From assembly GCA_964016885.1 (NCBI GenBank), contig OZ024742.1, positions 21,700,001 through 21,764,000 of the forward strand: a stretch of 64,000 nt of DNA, read 5' to 3'. Positions 39,648 to 53,515 of this stretch are shown here, one piece after another. The notes beneath the pieces were generated by a model, which was not told where the DNA came from, made no database searches, and saw only the letters and a list, made by a program, of their open reading frames with translations. A program made the position numbers and the translations under genes. Every line of letters begins with the position of its first letter. Position 1 is the stretch's first letter. The DNA comes from Eledone cirrhosa. Taxonomy: Eukaryota.

Positions 39648-42600
39648 TTTCTGAATATTTTACTGGGTTGTTCCAAATATAATCAAACTAGATCAATAAA
39701 GTAAACACGTTGACATGTGTGGTAATACAGAATGAGAAAAGCAATATATTGCCAAAGAAAACCAATTGTTTAATTAATATTTCTTCATAGGACTAGAGTT
39801 TTGTTTTTACTATAAACAAGTAATATTCTTGTCTGTCGTAGTATGTGTCGAGAAAACAACACAAAGAGAATACTCTATTTATTAGCTATGAAATTTTCAC
39901 TTTTATATTATTTAATTTTTTTTTTTCTCTGGTCTGAAACTGAATAAACGTAGATATTAAATCAATATTGATTATCAAATCAATTCTTTAAAATTACTGC
40001 TCAATTGTAGTATGAGCTCTGGAATGAAATGCGTCTTAGGAAATTTCTTAATAATTAATTAATGTTTTCTTGGCATTAGTTCATTAATAATTTTCTATCT
40101 ATCTCCTCTTAAAGTGATAACCAATATTTCATTTCTTTATTTATTTTATAAATAAAAGCATTCAACGTTAAGGATTTAAAAATTCCATGTGCCTGTGTCA
40201 AACTAAATATTGGAAATATCTTATTGAACTCGCCCGTCAACAAGTAAAATCAATATTATTGAGGAATTTACTGTCCTGTTTATCTAAGAATCCAAGTGGC
40301 AAATGAAAATTATCAAGAACATTAATTCTTGTAAAACACATCTTACCAAATTATTTATAGAGATATTGTACCTTCATTTGAGCAAACCTGAAGGCATGGA
40401 TGACTGAAGGGGAGCTCTACTGGAAAGAAAGACTGAGTTCTCAGGAATCGGTTTTCTGTCATCATTGGGACAAACTGAAGCGAAAATCCATCCAGATTTC
40501 AATAAATACTTCAGTTGATATAAAATACTGACGTAACCAGTCTCAAGTGACGTAGCATGACCGAATAGTTACGAAGTTTTCTTTTCAATCATTACGTCGT
40601 TAAATTTAAGTAGAAGTCCACAGTGGGGGTTGTCTGGAATTTTAGGATGTCGGGCAGTATTTTTCCTCCATTTCTGTGTTCTGAGTTGCCTACGTTAATA
40701 GTATTTTTACTCAATCCTCTGATTTAACAACACCACCTGACCATTCAATGCTTTTATCAGAGTCCGCTTTGTTGCAAGCATTTGGTCCGGTTTCCAGGTG
40801 TAAGGAGACCTTTTTTCCTTCTTCTCTGACACTTGAGAGGCCTCGAAGTGCGATTGTATTTCCCTGCCTTATTTAATATTGCTTTGGAGAATCCCGTAGA
40901 GTAGGGAAATTGTAATGGTCACTATAGGGCATGAAGAGATTATAGCTAAAATATCTCACTCCTCTTTACTCTAAACAGATATTATATTTAATCAAATGTT
41001 GATGGAAATTTGAGGATATCAAAATATCATATTTATTAAGCGTCGACAATTAAAACGTCTCAACTAACATTGATGTAATTCTATTATTTAAACGATTGAA
41101 AAGATCCCAGACCTCATTCGCGTAGCGAGAAAGGTGGACCTCGTCAAACTGGACCAAGGAAACAATGTTTTTATTGGTCTTTCTCTGATACTATACACCG
41201 GTCACAACTCTTGACAGATAATAAACTCCTTATTTTAAATACGTATAGATGTGATGTACAGTGATACTGTATTGGACACACATTTGTTAGATATACGTTG
41301 ACCATCGGACAGAATGGTTTTCTTGTATTGGAATTCGAATAGCTATCTTATAGATTTTGGGAAAAGTAAATGTTTGGCCGTTCATCCATTATCTCTCACA
41401 CTACCGAACTATCTCACCATTATCCTCCTCTACTACACACACCACACCTAATTCACCCCTACTTCTTTCATTCCTTACTATTAATTAACTCGCACCAAAT
41501 ATTCTTTGCCCTGTCATCCGTCTCTCTCAAGTCACGACGAGGTTTGCACCACTTTCCATTCACTGAAGTGATCCACAAGTGATATATGCTGGGTGTATGG
41601 AGATCCTGTGTTTCACAGATCCCAGAATCCACTCCATGACTGCGCAGCTGTGATCCAAAGTAGTTTTCAGTAGTATGTTTAGTGCTAGTTTAGCAGCAGG
41701 ATTTGATAAAATAGTGTCATATAAACCTTAGATTGTCTTAAAAGGTCCAATCCAGATTTCCTATAAGGTATACAGCCTATCATTTACTTCTCATCGAATA
41801 ATAAGGTCGTTTATCTATAATTGATGATCCCGTTCGCAAAGCAAAATACACAAACAAAATTTGTCAGACAACATATTAAGAAATATGCTGACAGACTGGA
41901 ACCACTGTTCGCGATGGTGAAAAGACGGAAGTTTGCCTGGTATAGTCAAGTATCCCGCCATAAATCCTTGTCTTAAATCATCCTTCACGGTACAGTCGAG
42001 TGAGCTCAAAGGAGAAACAGACAAAGAAAATCCTGATCCGACAACACCAAACACTTGACTGGTAACAACACCTAGACCCTTATGCGCATGACGGAGAATG
42101 GAAAACAGTAGGCTGAACAGAAGACTGAAAAACGGAAGCGTCTAGAGTGGCACCCAGCGACTGGGTGCTCCAGTTATAGGAACGAAATGTAGTTTCGGGA
42201 TCCCAAATCCCGGAGAGAGGCTCATAATATGTAATGTAGGCCTGAGCCAGCTGATCCTGGGACTATTGGGAGGCAGGGTCATCTGAGTTTCTTACACTCT
42301 GACTAAACCAAATAGCTTATCTATTCTCTTTTCATTCAATTAACCTTTACTTGACCACATCACTCTCTCGATTGTTATAACCCGAGGCTTTAGTATTGCT
42401 CACTCTTCAAAACACTCCTTTCAATTTAACTTATTAACACACAGCTTAGTTACAATAAAAGTGTCAGCTTCTCATATCTATTCAGATGGTATCACTTATC
42501 ACCTACCAAGTTTATATATATGTTGCTAATATATAAAAGTCACATTTTAAATTACTTACAGATCGTAGAAATCTTTATTAACATTTGAGATTATATTGGG

Positions 42601-44226
42601 GGTATTATCTCAATCCTTCGATTCCGTTTCTTTAAGCTTATTCCATAATACTAACAATTCCTTGATGGTATATCAACTATAGGAATAAAATTGCCAGAGA
42701 TATCGTCATTATTACCTGAACTGTCTTCAGTGTTATGTAACGTTCTTCTCCTATATCTGAATTATAAACGAACATGTGACATATTAATACTCAACGTTCA
42801 ATAAAATAGGTGGCCCATATGTGAAATATTTATGTTACATTATTGTCCCGGGAGATTATTTGATTTATTCACATAAATCTAAATTAAATTGCACATTGTT
42901 GTTTCTTATCCTAAGGACAGCAGTCAGGGGAGTCTTACTCACTGGATTATTCTGATTTATATCTTTTCTTAACACAGGGAATTGCTACTGTTGTTATCAA
43001 GCAACATTTAATATTGCATCGATGGATAAACGCAATATTGAAAGTACGCGACCGTTAAAATCCCGCAATATAGTTGAATTATAACTCGTAATCTCTAAGA
43101 AGAAATAATAATTATGGCCAGGTAGCTATGGCAATATACAACTACTCGACGTATCGTCACTTCTAATCCTATTAGCGCTATAGTGGTGGCAGTATGGCCA
43201 TATGGTTCAGATGTACGTTTTATAGTCATTAGGTCCCTGGTTCCATTCCACTGAGTGACATCTTGAGAATGTGTTGTTTAAGATAGCTTCGGTTGTGAGT
43301 AAAATTGGATGAATGGAATGTATTGGTTGCCCGTCGGATCGCTTGTACTTGTAATTCAAACGGCAATTTTTATCATAATGAATCTTCCTGAGATTTATGT
43401 TAAGGGGACATTCAAACACTATGAGCTTTATGTGTGCAGAATACTTTGTCATTTACTCGGTACTTTAAAAATTCGTTCATTTCTTTGGTGGAACAGCTGC
43501 AGCACTGATCGTTGTTACTGACTGAGGTCCTTAGAAAGCAAATGGTTCAAAAGGTGCGAATATACTCATACAATCTGTATTTAGAATCTACTGCAATTTC
43601 CTCTCGTACGATGTGACAAGTAATTCCTATGTTATACACGAAGTACATGTGGTATTTGTTACCACAAATTTCTAATTGTTTGGTTGGAGTAAATTTAGCG
43701 AACGTGTATTTTTTCGAGAATTGTTATTTAAATATTTTAAATTGCTTGTATCCAGGAGAAGATTCTATTAACAGGGAAATTAAATCTGAAATTCTAAATT
43801 TTGGTAATAAGACTCCCCACAACCCATGTCCAAATAGGCATTCGGTTTAAAATATCAGTGAAAAGTTTACATAATAAAAGCTCCGAGGTATTCATCCTCT
43901 GGCTTCCCATTTCTATGCAATAAATTAAGCTGCAAATCACCGAAAAGCGTAACTGAAATTAGAGAAAGCAGGAAATGTATTCTATCTGTATAATAGCCAT
44001 TGTAAACGTGTTATCAACAAAGATGCGCAAGAGGTGGTCGGAATTAGCTTGATTAGTAAATTAGAAAGATCAGCAAATGTGGTAATTCGTTTGAAGCAGC
44101 TTTAATGTAACGTGAGGAAATTTAGCAGCCAAATACAGAGACTGTAAATACCAAGAGAGCACACTGAACATGGATTACATGAGGAGCAAAACAATATATA
44201 TATTTGCATATACGCATATATATATA

Positions 44227-44680
44227 TATGCATATATATATATATAGGGCGGGTAAGATTCCCGAGATCCATGGACGAGTTCTCTCCAGCGGTCTCTGTC
44301 CTTCATCATCGCTGCCATGTCCTGCGTTTCCAAGGGGCCAGTGTCCGTCCTTAGGGCATCAACATATGTCAACCTCGATCTCCCTCTTCCAGTGTGTCGA
44401 TGCAGGGGCTCCCACATGAGCACTGAGTGCAGTGTCAACTCTGGATGTCGGTGAGCATGTCCAGCTAACCTCAGTCTCCTCTGTGCTACTCTCGAGCTGA
44501 CTTTTGGGAGGCTCCCGTACAGCTGTAAGTTCTTCCTCCTGAGTGTATACTGATTAATGCCCAGAGCAATCCTCAGCATTCTCAGGTAGCACACATCCAC
44601 CATCTGAGTGAGTTTCTTGGTCAGTGTCCAAGTCTCAGATCCTTACAGCAGTACAGACTCCACTATTACGATGAGAATTT
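44227..44680 (-). mobile_element. RTE-like LINE 3' fragment
   Basis: VESVLL.GSETWTLTK...RMLRIAL...RRLRLAGH..RH...GRGRSRLTY. Confidence 0.8.
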
Positions 44681-44692
44681 TACCCGCCCTAG

Positions 44693-44744
<52 letters not shown>

Positions 44745-45223
44745 AACAGGACCTGACTATCATGTATGACTGCGAATCGTTACAGACATCTCTATGCTTC
44801 ATATTTTTATTCTCTCAGAGAATATTCCACAGCAGAGGTCCGACGAGATTTTGATTCCAGAGTTGGGCCAAATCGATAAAGATGGAACCTTCAGCTGATC
44901 AATAGCGGAACGCGCATCACTACTCAATAAACATAATGAAGGCATAACAATTCGTCCTTTAACTATTATTTGTACACACTGTTTAGTTCTACACCTCATT
45001 ACATACGGGAAACTACCTATCGAGTGGTCACTTGGGTGAACCTACAGTAAAACCCTGTTTAGACCATTACTTACCAGAGTACTCGATAGGTGAGTTAGTA
45101 GAGTACGGTTATATGCAAGTGTCAGGACCCCTACAGCTGCCCTCTTGTCGTTTCAACAGCTAGTTCCAGCGTGTGGAACTAGCTGTTCCAGCGGCAAGAG
45201 CTCAGCCGTCGGAGTCCCAACTC

Positions 45224-45298
<75 letters not shown>

Positions 45299-45327
45299 AA
45301 AGAATAGAGGTGTAACACACAAGTTAT

Positions 45328-45691
45328 TATATATTGGTAAACGGAATAGAAAATGCTGACAAATTGTTCACAGTGAAAAATAGTTTAATTAGGAATAAAT
45401 GAGAATTAGTAATTGGTTAGTAATCAGTTTTGGTTTTAAGTTTTACCGGTTGTGCATTTCTAAATGCTTTTCAAAAATAATTTTGAGATAGAGCGTCCGT
45501 GATGTTTGCTCAGAGCAAACATCACGGACGCTCTATCTCAAAATTATTTTTGAAAAGCATTTAGAAATGCGCAACCGGTAAAACTTAAAACCAAAACTGA
45601 TTACTAACCAATACAATTACTAATTCTCATTTATTCCTAATTAAACTATTTTTCACTGTGAACAATTTGTCAGCATTTTCTATTCCGTTTA

Positions 45692-45700
<9 letters not shown>
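45328..45700. repeat. ~370-bp palindrome with a 1-nt centre at 45512
   Basis: GATGTTTGCTC A GAGCAAACATC; the arms differ by one substitution and a 5-nt indel; between (TA)n tracts. Confidence 0.95.
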
Positions 45701-45736
<36 letters not shown>

Positions 45737-46096
45737 GTACGTACGTGTGTGTATATATATATATATATGTGTGTGTCTGTGTGTGTTAGTATAATTCTAC
45801 AGAAAGCAATACGAGTTGAAATATATGTAAACTAAAATATAACCGTAGAATGTTGATAGTGTAGAAGTCTTCGGATGGAAATATTTTATCATCAAACCCC
45901 TCACCCATTCATACACACGTATTCAGATACACGCACAGTCAAGCTCATATACACGCATGCGGACACATACGGACACACACGAACACGCACACACAAAACA
46001 CAAACACTCAAACATTAATATATATTTAGACATATATTATGTGTATGATTTTGTGTATGTGTGTGTATGTGAGTGTGTGATCACAGTGTCACTGGC

Positions 46097-46131
<35 letters not shown>

Positions 46132-46172
46132 TTCCGTTGTATACATACAAATATATATGTAGACACACACAC

Positions 46173-46215
<43 letters not shown>

Positions 46216-46759
46216 GAAAAATTAATGATGGTAAATATATATTGATTAGTTGGTAGTAAATTAAAGTATGAAAAGAAAAAATTAGCATTATGTTAAACGA
46301 AACAGTAGAAAGAGATTCCTCTCCTTTAACGGATATATTATCATAAAGAAAGAATTGGACACAAAGAAAGGAAATCAAAGTTAACAATAATAATACAAAT
46401 GAGATAAAGACTTGCGTAAAAAGGAATTAATGACAAAAGGCGACTTTGGTTGAAGAAATCAACAGCAAATATTGCAATTACGACATCGATCTTTTCTTAT
46501 TTGTTCTACTTCCCTTATTATATATGATAGGTGAAGAATACAAACGAACAATTAGCGTATGATTCGTAATCTTTGCTAAACTTAAAAACTAGACAGTTTC
46601 TTTATATAATAATAATAGTGGATTATATTGTTCATTAAATAAAGTCACTGAGGCAGCAAAATTTTAGCAAACATCACACGATGTATTTCGGAAGAAACTC
46701 TTTGTAAGAACTTAGTGGAAAGTTTAAACATATTTTTGTTGCCTCCTCCACTTCTTCCA

Positions 46760-46944
46760 CCATCTATCTATCTTCTTCTTCTTCTTCTTGTACTACTAGT
46801 AATGTTGCTGCTACTGTTGTTGCTGCTATTCCTACAATTGCTGCTACTACTACTACTACCACTACTATTACTACTTCTGCTATTGCTGCTACTATTAATA
46901 CTTTCACTACTGATGTTGCTTCTACTACTACTCTTACTACTACA
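46760..46944. repeat. (CTA/CTG/TTG)n low-complexity tract
   Basis: Seen directly. Confidence 0.85.
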
Positions 46945-47308
46945 CGTTCTGAGTTCAAATCCCACCCTGGTTAGCTTTGCCTTTCATAATTAAGGGGTCG
47001 ATAAAATAAAGTACCAGTAATACACTGGGATCGATTTAATCGACTTCTCTCCCTTCCCCTTCCCTCAAACAATGTTGGCGTGTGCCTAAACCGGAATACA
47101 TTATTGTGGTGTATTAGTTATATCGGTAAAGCGTCAGTCAATATACTTACGACATATAGTTATGTCTCTTTATATTCTGAGTTCAAATCCCGACTAGGTC
47201 AGCTTTGCCTTTCATACTTACGTGGTTGATAAAATAATTTACCAACATCGCAAATGAGTCAATTTAATCGACTTTCTGCTCTCTACCTCAAATATCGTTG
47301 GCCTTGTG
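46945..47308 (+). mobile_element. Two tandem diverged SINE copies
   Basis: Two B-boxes GAGTTCAAATCCC, each followed by CTTTGCCTTTCAT..GATAAAATA. Confidence 0.75.
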
Positions 47309-47682
47309 CAGTGCCAATTTGATGGAGAGAGCAATGGGAGCAATTGCCCCTGGCCCCTAACAGTGGGGGGGGGGGGTCAGAAGCATCGGTCGTAGTAATT
47401 TATTTGTGTCCTTAGGTGGGCTTTCTAGTTTTAGGATGGTTAGAATTTTTTTATTTAATACCTGTATGTATGTTAGAATGTTTTTTATTTAATACCTGTA
47501 TGTATGTTAGAATGTTTTTTATTTAATACCTGTATGTATGACTTTTCAATTCCAATTAGTTGCGCCAAGCTAACTTTGATATGTAAAATTGTGTGCGGGG
47601 GGGGGGGGTGCATTCTAATTCTTTGTCTATATGGGGGACCCCTAAACCTGATGTACACCAACATAGCTCTAAATCCAACCCT
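47309..47682. mobile_element. Probable hAT-type MITE
   Basis: CAGTGCCAATTT..TAAATCCAACCCTG ends; internal 3x ~33-bp repeat; related to 35614-36205. Confidence 0.45.
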
Positions 47683-49227
47683 GGTACTGTACCTAAATCA
47701 GAAACTGTTCTAGTTGTGTTCCAGTTTGTCGCTATATTTTACATGTGTATAACAACGTTAATAGAAAGACAATATGATAAAGATTATGGAATTTATACAA
47801 AGTGCCTAATGTCTTTTATGTCTTTCATTATATTACGGACGTTGCCTTTATAGGAATCAGAAAAAAATATGACGTCAATGATATGGTTCCACGTTTTTTC
47901 TGTGCAGAGATATCAAAATATATTTTTCTATATAACCTAGAGGCAATTTGCTACGAGCTGCTATTTCTTTTTTTTTTCCTCTCTATATTTAATTATGCAT
48001 TATTACTAGTTATTACCTTTAAGTTAAAGGAAGACTGACACAGTAAGCTTGAGAAGGCGGCTACATTGATGTTTTCTCCTCGTATTCTAGACTTAATAAC
48101 TATAATAATACATATATATCTCTTGAAATAATCCAATTTATTCGAAACTATATATGTGAGTGAATGTTCAAATAGTTTGCTTTTTTTATGCTGTGTTTGA
48201 TTTGTGTTTTATGTTGCTGTTGTTGGTGGTGGTGTTTTCTTTTTGTATTGTTTGTCATGCATTTCTTTCTATAAACATATTTAGTCTCTATATGCTACAG
48301 ATTCATTTCAGCACCGAGATGGGAGAACAGTTATTTGGAAGTAAGCAAGTTATATGTGAGTGGCAGTAGTAACGAATGGAGTAGCCAGGAATCTATTAGT
48401 GATCTACACAGCTCACCAATCCGAGAATAAGCTCACTTTTGAAGCTGCGTTATTAAACTATTCTCTCTTGATGGCTTTTCTTTCCGTTTGAAGCGTTCCT
48501 ATATAGCCAACGTATATTTCAACAAAGATTAAACCAGCCTATAACTAATACACACTGCACAATATGTACCTAGTTTAATAGTGGTGATCCGAAAAATGTA
48601 TTAGGGTGGGAGAATTAACGAGCTCCATTTCAAGCATTGTGAAAACTTGTTTAATGTATTTTTATATTTCGGTAGCCGAAGGACTTAAAGACCTTTACAA
48701 GATGAACGTTTGATTTGTTTTCCACACAGATTCAATTTGTGGTAGTTTATATCAGCAATTTCCATACATACCAATGCTTGCAGGGGCCATATATACATAT
48801 ATATATATATATAACGAAGGAAATGTGGTAAGGAACCAGATGGACCATAACGCACCAAAGTACTCAATACTTAGGGTAGTAGAGTGGGTAATAGGAACAA
48901 GCTCTGCTGTCGGAGTCATACTTGTTCCTATATATATATATACATATATATATATATAGAATAGAATGAAACGAAATTTCATTTCTCACTCTTAGTACGG
49001 CACTTACTTAAATGTAAGTATGTATGTATACGTACATACATATATGTATACAGACGTACAGTAGTATGTATATATATACACACATGCAAACATATATATA
49101 TGCACTTATCGGTTTACCGAACATTTATTATAATGCTCGGTTTGTTTGTTTGTAAACAAAAAAACCGAATTACGCCGTACAGTGCTTAGGCAACCACGTC
49201 ACCTTTTTGTTCAACACTGACACAGGA

Positions 49228-49270
49228 ACGATGTACTAGTTTCAAGCTTATTAGCTATCGTCAGCATCGT
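49228..49270 (-). ncRNA. Type I hammerhead ribozyme (family A)
   Basis: ACGAUG CUGACGA U AGCU AAUA AGCU U GAAA CUAG UA CAUCGU; perfect 6-bp stem I. Confidence 0.88.
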
Positions 49271-49672
49271 ATACCTTCCTGCCAGATGGTTGAACATCTG
49301 AAAGTATATACTTTCCTTATGCATATTAACGGCTGAGCAGCCTAATTTGCATATCGAGTGAGTTCAGTCGGCCGGGCACACCGAAAACGATAAATTGTAT
49401 AGAATGAAACGAAATTTCATTTCTCACTCTTAGTACGGCACTTACTTAAATGTAAGTATGTATGTATGTATACGTACACACATATATGTATACAGACGTA
49501 CAGTAGTATGTATATATATACACACATGCAAACATATATATATGCACTTATCGGTTTACCGAACATTTATTATAATGCTCGGTTTGTTTGTTTGTAAAAA
49601 ACAAACAGCCCGAATTACGCCGTACAGTGTTTAGGCAACCACGTTACCTTTTTGTTCAACACTGACACAGGA

Positions 49673-49715
49673 ACAATGTACTAGTTTCAAGCTTATTAGC
49701 TATCGTCAGCATCGT
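49673..49715 (-). ncRNA. Type I hammerhead ribozyme (family A)
   Basis: As above, with stem I ACGAUG/CAUUGU (one G-U pair). Confidence 0.85.
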
Positions 49716-50819
49716 ATACCTTCCTGCCAGATGGTTGAACATATGAAATGATATACTTTCCTTATGCATATTAACGGCTGAGCAGCCTAATTTGCATATC
49801 GAGTGAATTCAGTCGGCCGGGCACACCGAAAACGATAAATGGAATAGAATTTACAAACAAACAAACCGAGCATTATAATAAATGTTCGGTGAACCGATAC
49901 GTGCATATATATATATGTGTGTTTGTGTGTGTGTGTGTGTGTGTATGTGTGTCTGTGTGTCTGTGTGTCTGTGTGTGTTTGTGTGTGTCAATTTTTATTC
50001 ATAAAGGGAAATAACAAAATAAAGTAAATGAAATTGGATCATATTTCACGATCATGGCTTCCAGTTTAGCAAATAGCGATTAATTTTGGAGAGTGTTTAT
50101 CTGCTTATATACGTGTGGGGGGGGGGCGTGAGTGCGTATGTGTTTGTATGTGTATAGAGTAAATCTCTGTGTGCTTGATAGGGAGATTTTAAATATGTCT
50201 CTAAGCAAGGAAATTCCATAGGTCTGGAAACCGGTCAAAATAAAGATATAGAAGGAGAGATTATAATTTGCCTTAAAGCAATAGATATGGTTGATATGTT
50301 TTAAAGTTTATGACATGTTTGTGATTTATAGAACAATTTTATACGTTTGGAGCATTAGAATAATGAAGATTTTGTCGTTTGGTTTAATTTGGTTTAAAGT
50401 GAATCTCATGGTTGTGATATCTGTGTGAGAAAAGATTTAAACTTAATTCGTTATCCGGTTTAACACGCCAACCTCGCTTTTAGTTAGATTTAGCAGATTT
50501 CATTCTGTTGTAAATATTTGGCACACTTTTCTGGGTCGAGGATAACGTCTTCCTTTGTTCTCATTAATATCAGCAACACACAAAACGGTCATGGGTGCCA
50601 CTGATTCTTCTCTGACTAAGAAGTAATCGGAAATATGATACGTTACTAAAAGGCAGATTCCATGAAGTATGGAAATATGGTTATATTGTGCCTAGCTTAT
50701 AGAGTAAATCGTACGGTTGTTACATCTGGTGTAGGATAAAGATCTAATTAATATGGGATATTCAGAGAAAGCGTATAATACTGTCTGTAATGAGGAAATA
50801 TAATTTTCTTCTTCATCGT

Positions 50820-51075
50820 CGCCCATTTATTCCTGGAGGGTCGTAAAGGCAGAGTCCTCAAACATACTTTCCATTGGGTCCATTCATAGCAACCATCTCC
50901 AACATATCCGACTGGACCACCAAGCGCGACCAGCCAAGCTCATGGATGTTACCCAACCAACTTGCTCGGGGTCCACCCCTGTGTCTCCTACCGATTGGTA
51001 TTGCCTGTAAAATCTGTCCAGCGATTCTTTCCTGGGACATTCTAACCCCTTGCCTAGAGTATCGGAGCTGCGATC
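50820..51075 (-). mobile_element. Decayed LINE (RTE-like) 3' fragment
   Basis: SQLRYSRQ..RMSQERIAGQIL..PIGRR.RGGPR.SW; related to 20200-20520. Confidence 0.6.
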
Positions 51076-51327
51076 TTCCAAATTCTTATAAACATAAGAC
51101 ACTAAAATAAAAGCAATTGCTGATTACTTTTTTCTATCGGTAGGGGTTTTTACCTGATTTTCTTAGCTATTGTTTTAGCAATCGACTATAAGTTATTTCG
51201 ACATTTGAAATTTCTACATTTTCTACGAATTAGATATTTTCCTTTCTTTTTCTTAATTGTGCCTTAATTAGAAATCAATATAAAGACTGCAGAATTATCT
51301 GGATGACATTGTATTATAGATAAAGTA

Positions 51328-51518
51328 TAATTGTTTCTACTTTTGGCACAAGGCCAGCAATTATCCAGTGCATTACTGGTACTTTATTTTATCGACCCCG
51401 TAAGGATGAAAGGCAAAGTTAACCTCGGCGGGATTTGAACTCAAACCATAAAGGGGCGTAACTCTTTGCTGCAAAGCATAGCGTCAGACCCTCTACCGAT
51501 ACTGCCAATCCACCACCC
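51328..51518 (-). mobile_element. tRNA-derived SINE with target-site duplication
   Basis: Complete reverse copy of the 3222 family; TATTATAGATAAAGTATAAT is repeated on both sides. Confidence 0.9.
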
Positions 51519-52417
51519 TATTATAGATAAAGTATAATATGAAATATTTAGTCAAATAGAAAAATACAGGTCGCTTAGTGTGTTTTCTTGTACACCTTTT
51601 GAGAAATCCTTTCATCAGTTGAAATGTTGGAAGGGAGGGAGAGCAACTCTGATCAATATTTATTCGTCGGTGATGTATTTTAATTCATATTTCCGATATC
51701 TAATAGAATAAGCTTTTTTTAGGTTTAGGCTTTCATGGAGTGCTTCCCAAAAACATTGTTTTAGATATCAGGGTATATCATTATGACAGAGGTATAAAAC
51801 ATCACCTGGGTCTATTTCCCATCTGTAATGAATTATTACAACTATCTAGGTTTCATATTTCAATAGAAATGCTGTCGTATACATAATGAATTGTTATGTC
51901 TCTAGGCAATAAGATACATAATATCTTTGCCACATTTACATGGCTAGACACTTTAGAAAATGGCTTTATTGCTTCCAAGAATAATCAGCTAATACAGTCA
52001 CCTATGTAATACATATAACTATAAACAAAAAGACTTCAATTTACATCATACACAGTTCAGATTTTCTTTTTAAACATAAGCTGACTCGTATCAAATATCT
52101 CAGTAACCAATGAGGGCTCTATTGATGAACTCTCAAACACATGAAACTGGCGTTCATTTTGAAATTTTTAACTCAACGTCTGAATGGGAATTTCAGAGCG
52201 AGGGAAATAATGTGTTTGGTGTAATTGTAGAAGAAATGTTAAAGCAGCGCTAGAGATCTGAGAAGATATAATACAGAAACACACACATATGCACACATAC
52301 AAACACGCACGTATATGTACGTCCGTCCGCCTCTCTCTCTCTATATATATATATATCTATATATATATTTCTTTCAATATATATATATATTTTTTTTAAT
52401 ATATATATATATATATA

Positions 52418-52592
52418 TAAACGTTTGTATATGTATAATAAAGCGAAAACAATGCAGGTATGGACATAGAATAAAGAATGCAAATGCAAAAGATATTGTT
52501 GACAATTAGTCTTTTACCTTAGATTTATTTAAATGTCCTTAATTTTCGAGATAATATCTCTTCTTCGGAGGGAAGTAAAGCGGTTAAACCAA
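52418..52592 (-). mobile_element. PLE 3' UTR family B fragment
   Basis: Matches 21288-21461; lies in (TA)n. Confidence 0.8.
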
Positions 52593-52632
52593 TATATATA
52601 TATATTTAAAAATATATATATATATATATATA

Positions 52633-53346
52633 TATAAATTAATAAAAACAATGAAATAAAAACAAAGAACAAGTTCCTTATATTAAAAAATTCATCATTT
52701 TACGATCGTTTCTAGGATGTATATGTGTGTTGGTATGTATATCATATAGATCTATGTAAAAATATTACAAATTATCAGAGGAAATATACATACCTTCAAA
52801 TATACATGCTGTCTTCAGAAATTTCTGAAGACAGCATGTATATGTGAAGGTATGTATATTTCCTCTGATAATCTATATATATAAAAGCAAGTCGGTCTGT
52901 GTGTATGTGTCTGTCTGTATGTGTACAAATACTAGGTTCCTTTGAAAACATTCGATATTGGGGCCGAAAAATCGATTTTTTGTACAAATACTAGGCTCCT
53001 TCTAGATTTTGAAGTACTACGCTGATTTCAACCAAATTTGGCACACATGTTGCTTATATGCCAGAGCAGGTTAGGGACACAAATAGATTTGAAAAATAAT
53101 CTATATTGGTGCGGAAAAATCGATTTTGTTTGTGTATCTGTCTGTGTACAAATACTAGGCTCCTTTTAACTTTTTCAAACCCCGGGCAACGCCGAGAAAA
53201 TCTGCTAGTTTGTAATATTTTTTACATAGATCTATATGATATACATACCAACACACATATACATCCTAGAAACGATCGTAAAATGATGATTTTTTAATAT
53301 AAGGAACTTGTTCTTTGTTTTTATTTCATTGTTTTTATTAATTTAT
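52633..53346. repeat. Palindrome centred at 52821/52822, right arm interrupted by a Helitron
   Basis: CATGCTGTCTTCAGAAA|TTTCTGAAGACAGCATG; left arm 52633-52821 mirrors 52822-52871 plus 53209-53346. Confidence 0.9.
52872..53208 (+). mobile_element. Non-autonomous Helitron
   Basis: 5' TC, 3' CTAG, subterminal CGGGCAACGCCG hairpin, inserted between A and T with no TSD; the empty site is visible in the opposite palindrome arm. Confidence 0.85.
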
Positions 53347-53465
53347 CTTCACTCCGTTTTCCTACTAGTTTCATCGAAAATCTTTGAATACATCTTCTCT
53401 TTTCATGATATTTGGATTACGTTGAGTTCTTCATAAGGATTGGACACTACCGTATATTTTGGTAG

Positions 53466-53515
<50 letters not shown>

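Larger units (their letters stand above)
48960..49920. mobile_element. Family A tandem dimer (~440-bp period) plus short inverted arm
   Basis: TAGAATGAAACGAAATTTC at 48962 and 49400, a third start near 49844, then ~70 bp inverted. Confidence 0.85.

Noticed and set aside
44834-44890. HHR-like AGGT CCGACGA GATTT..AAATC GATA ..ACCT
   Set aside because: Stems I and II are plausible, but there are at least three core mismatches; possibly a fossil and not supportable alone
45353-45395. HHR-like CTGACAA-ATTG..CAGT-GAAA in the palindrome arm
   Set aside because: The core lacks the conserved G and no stem I can be formed
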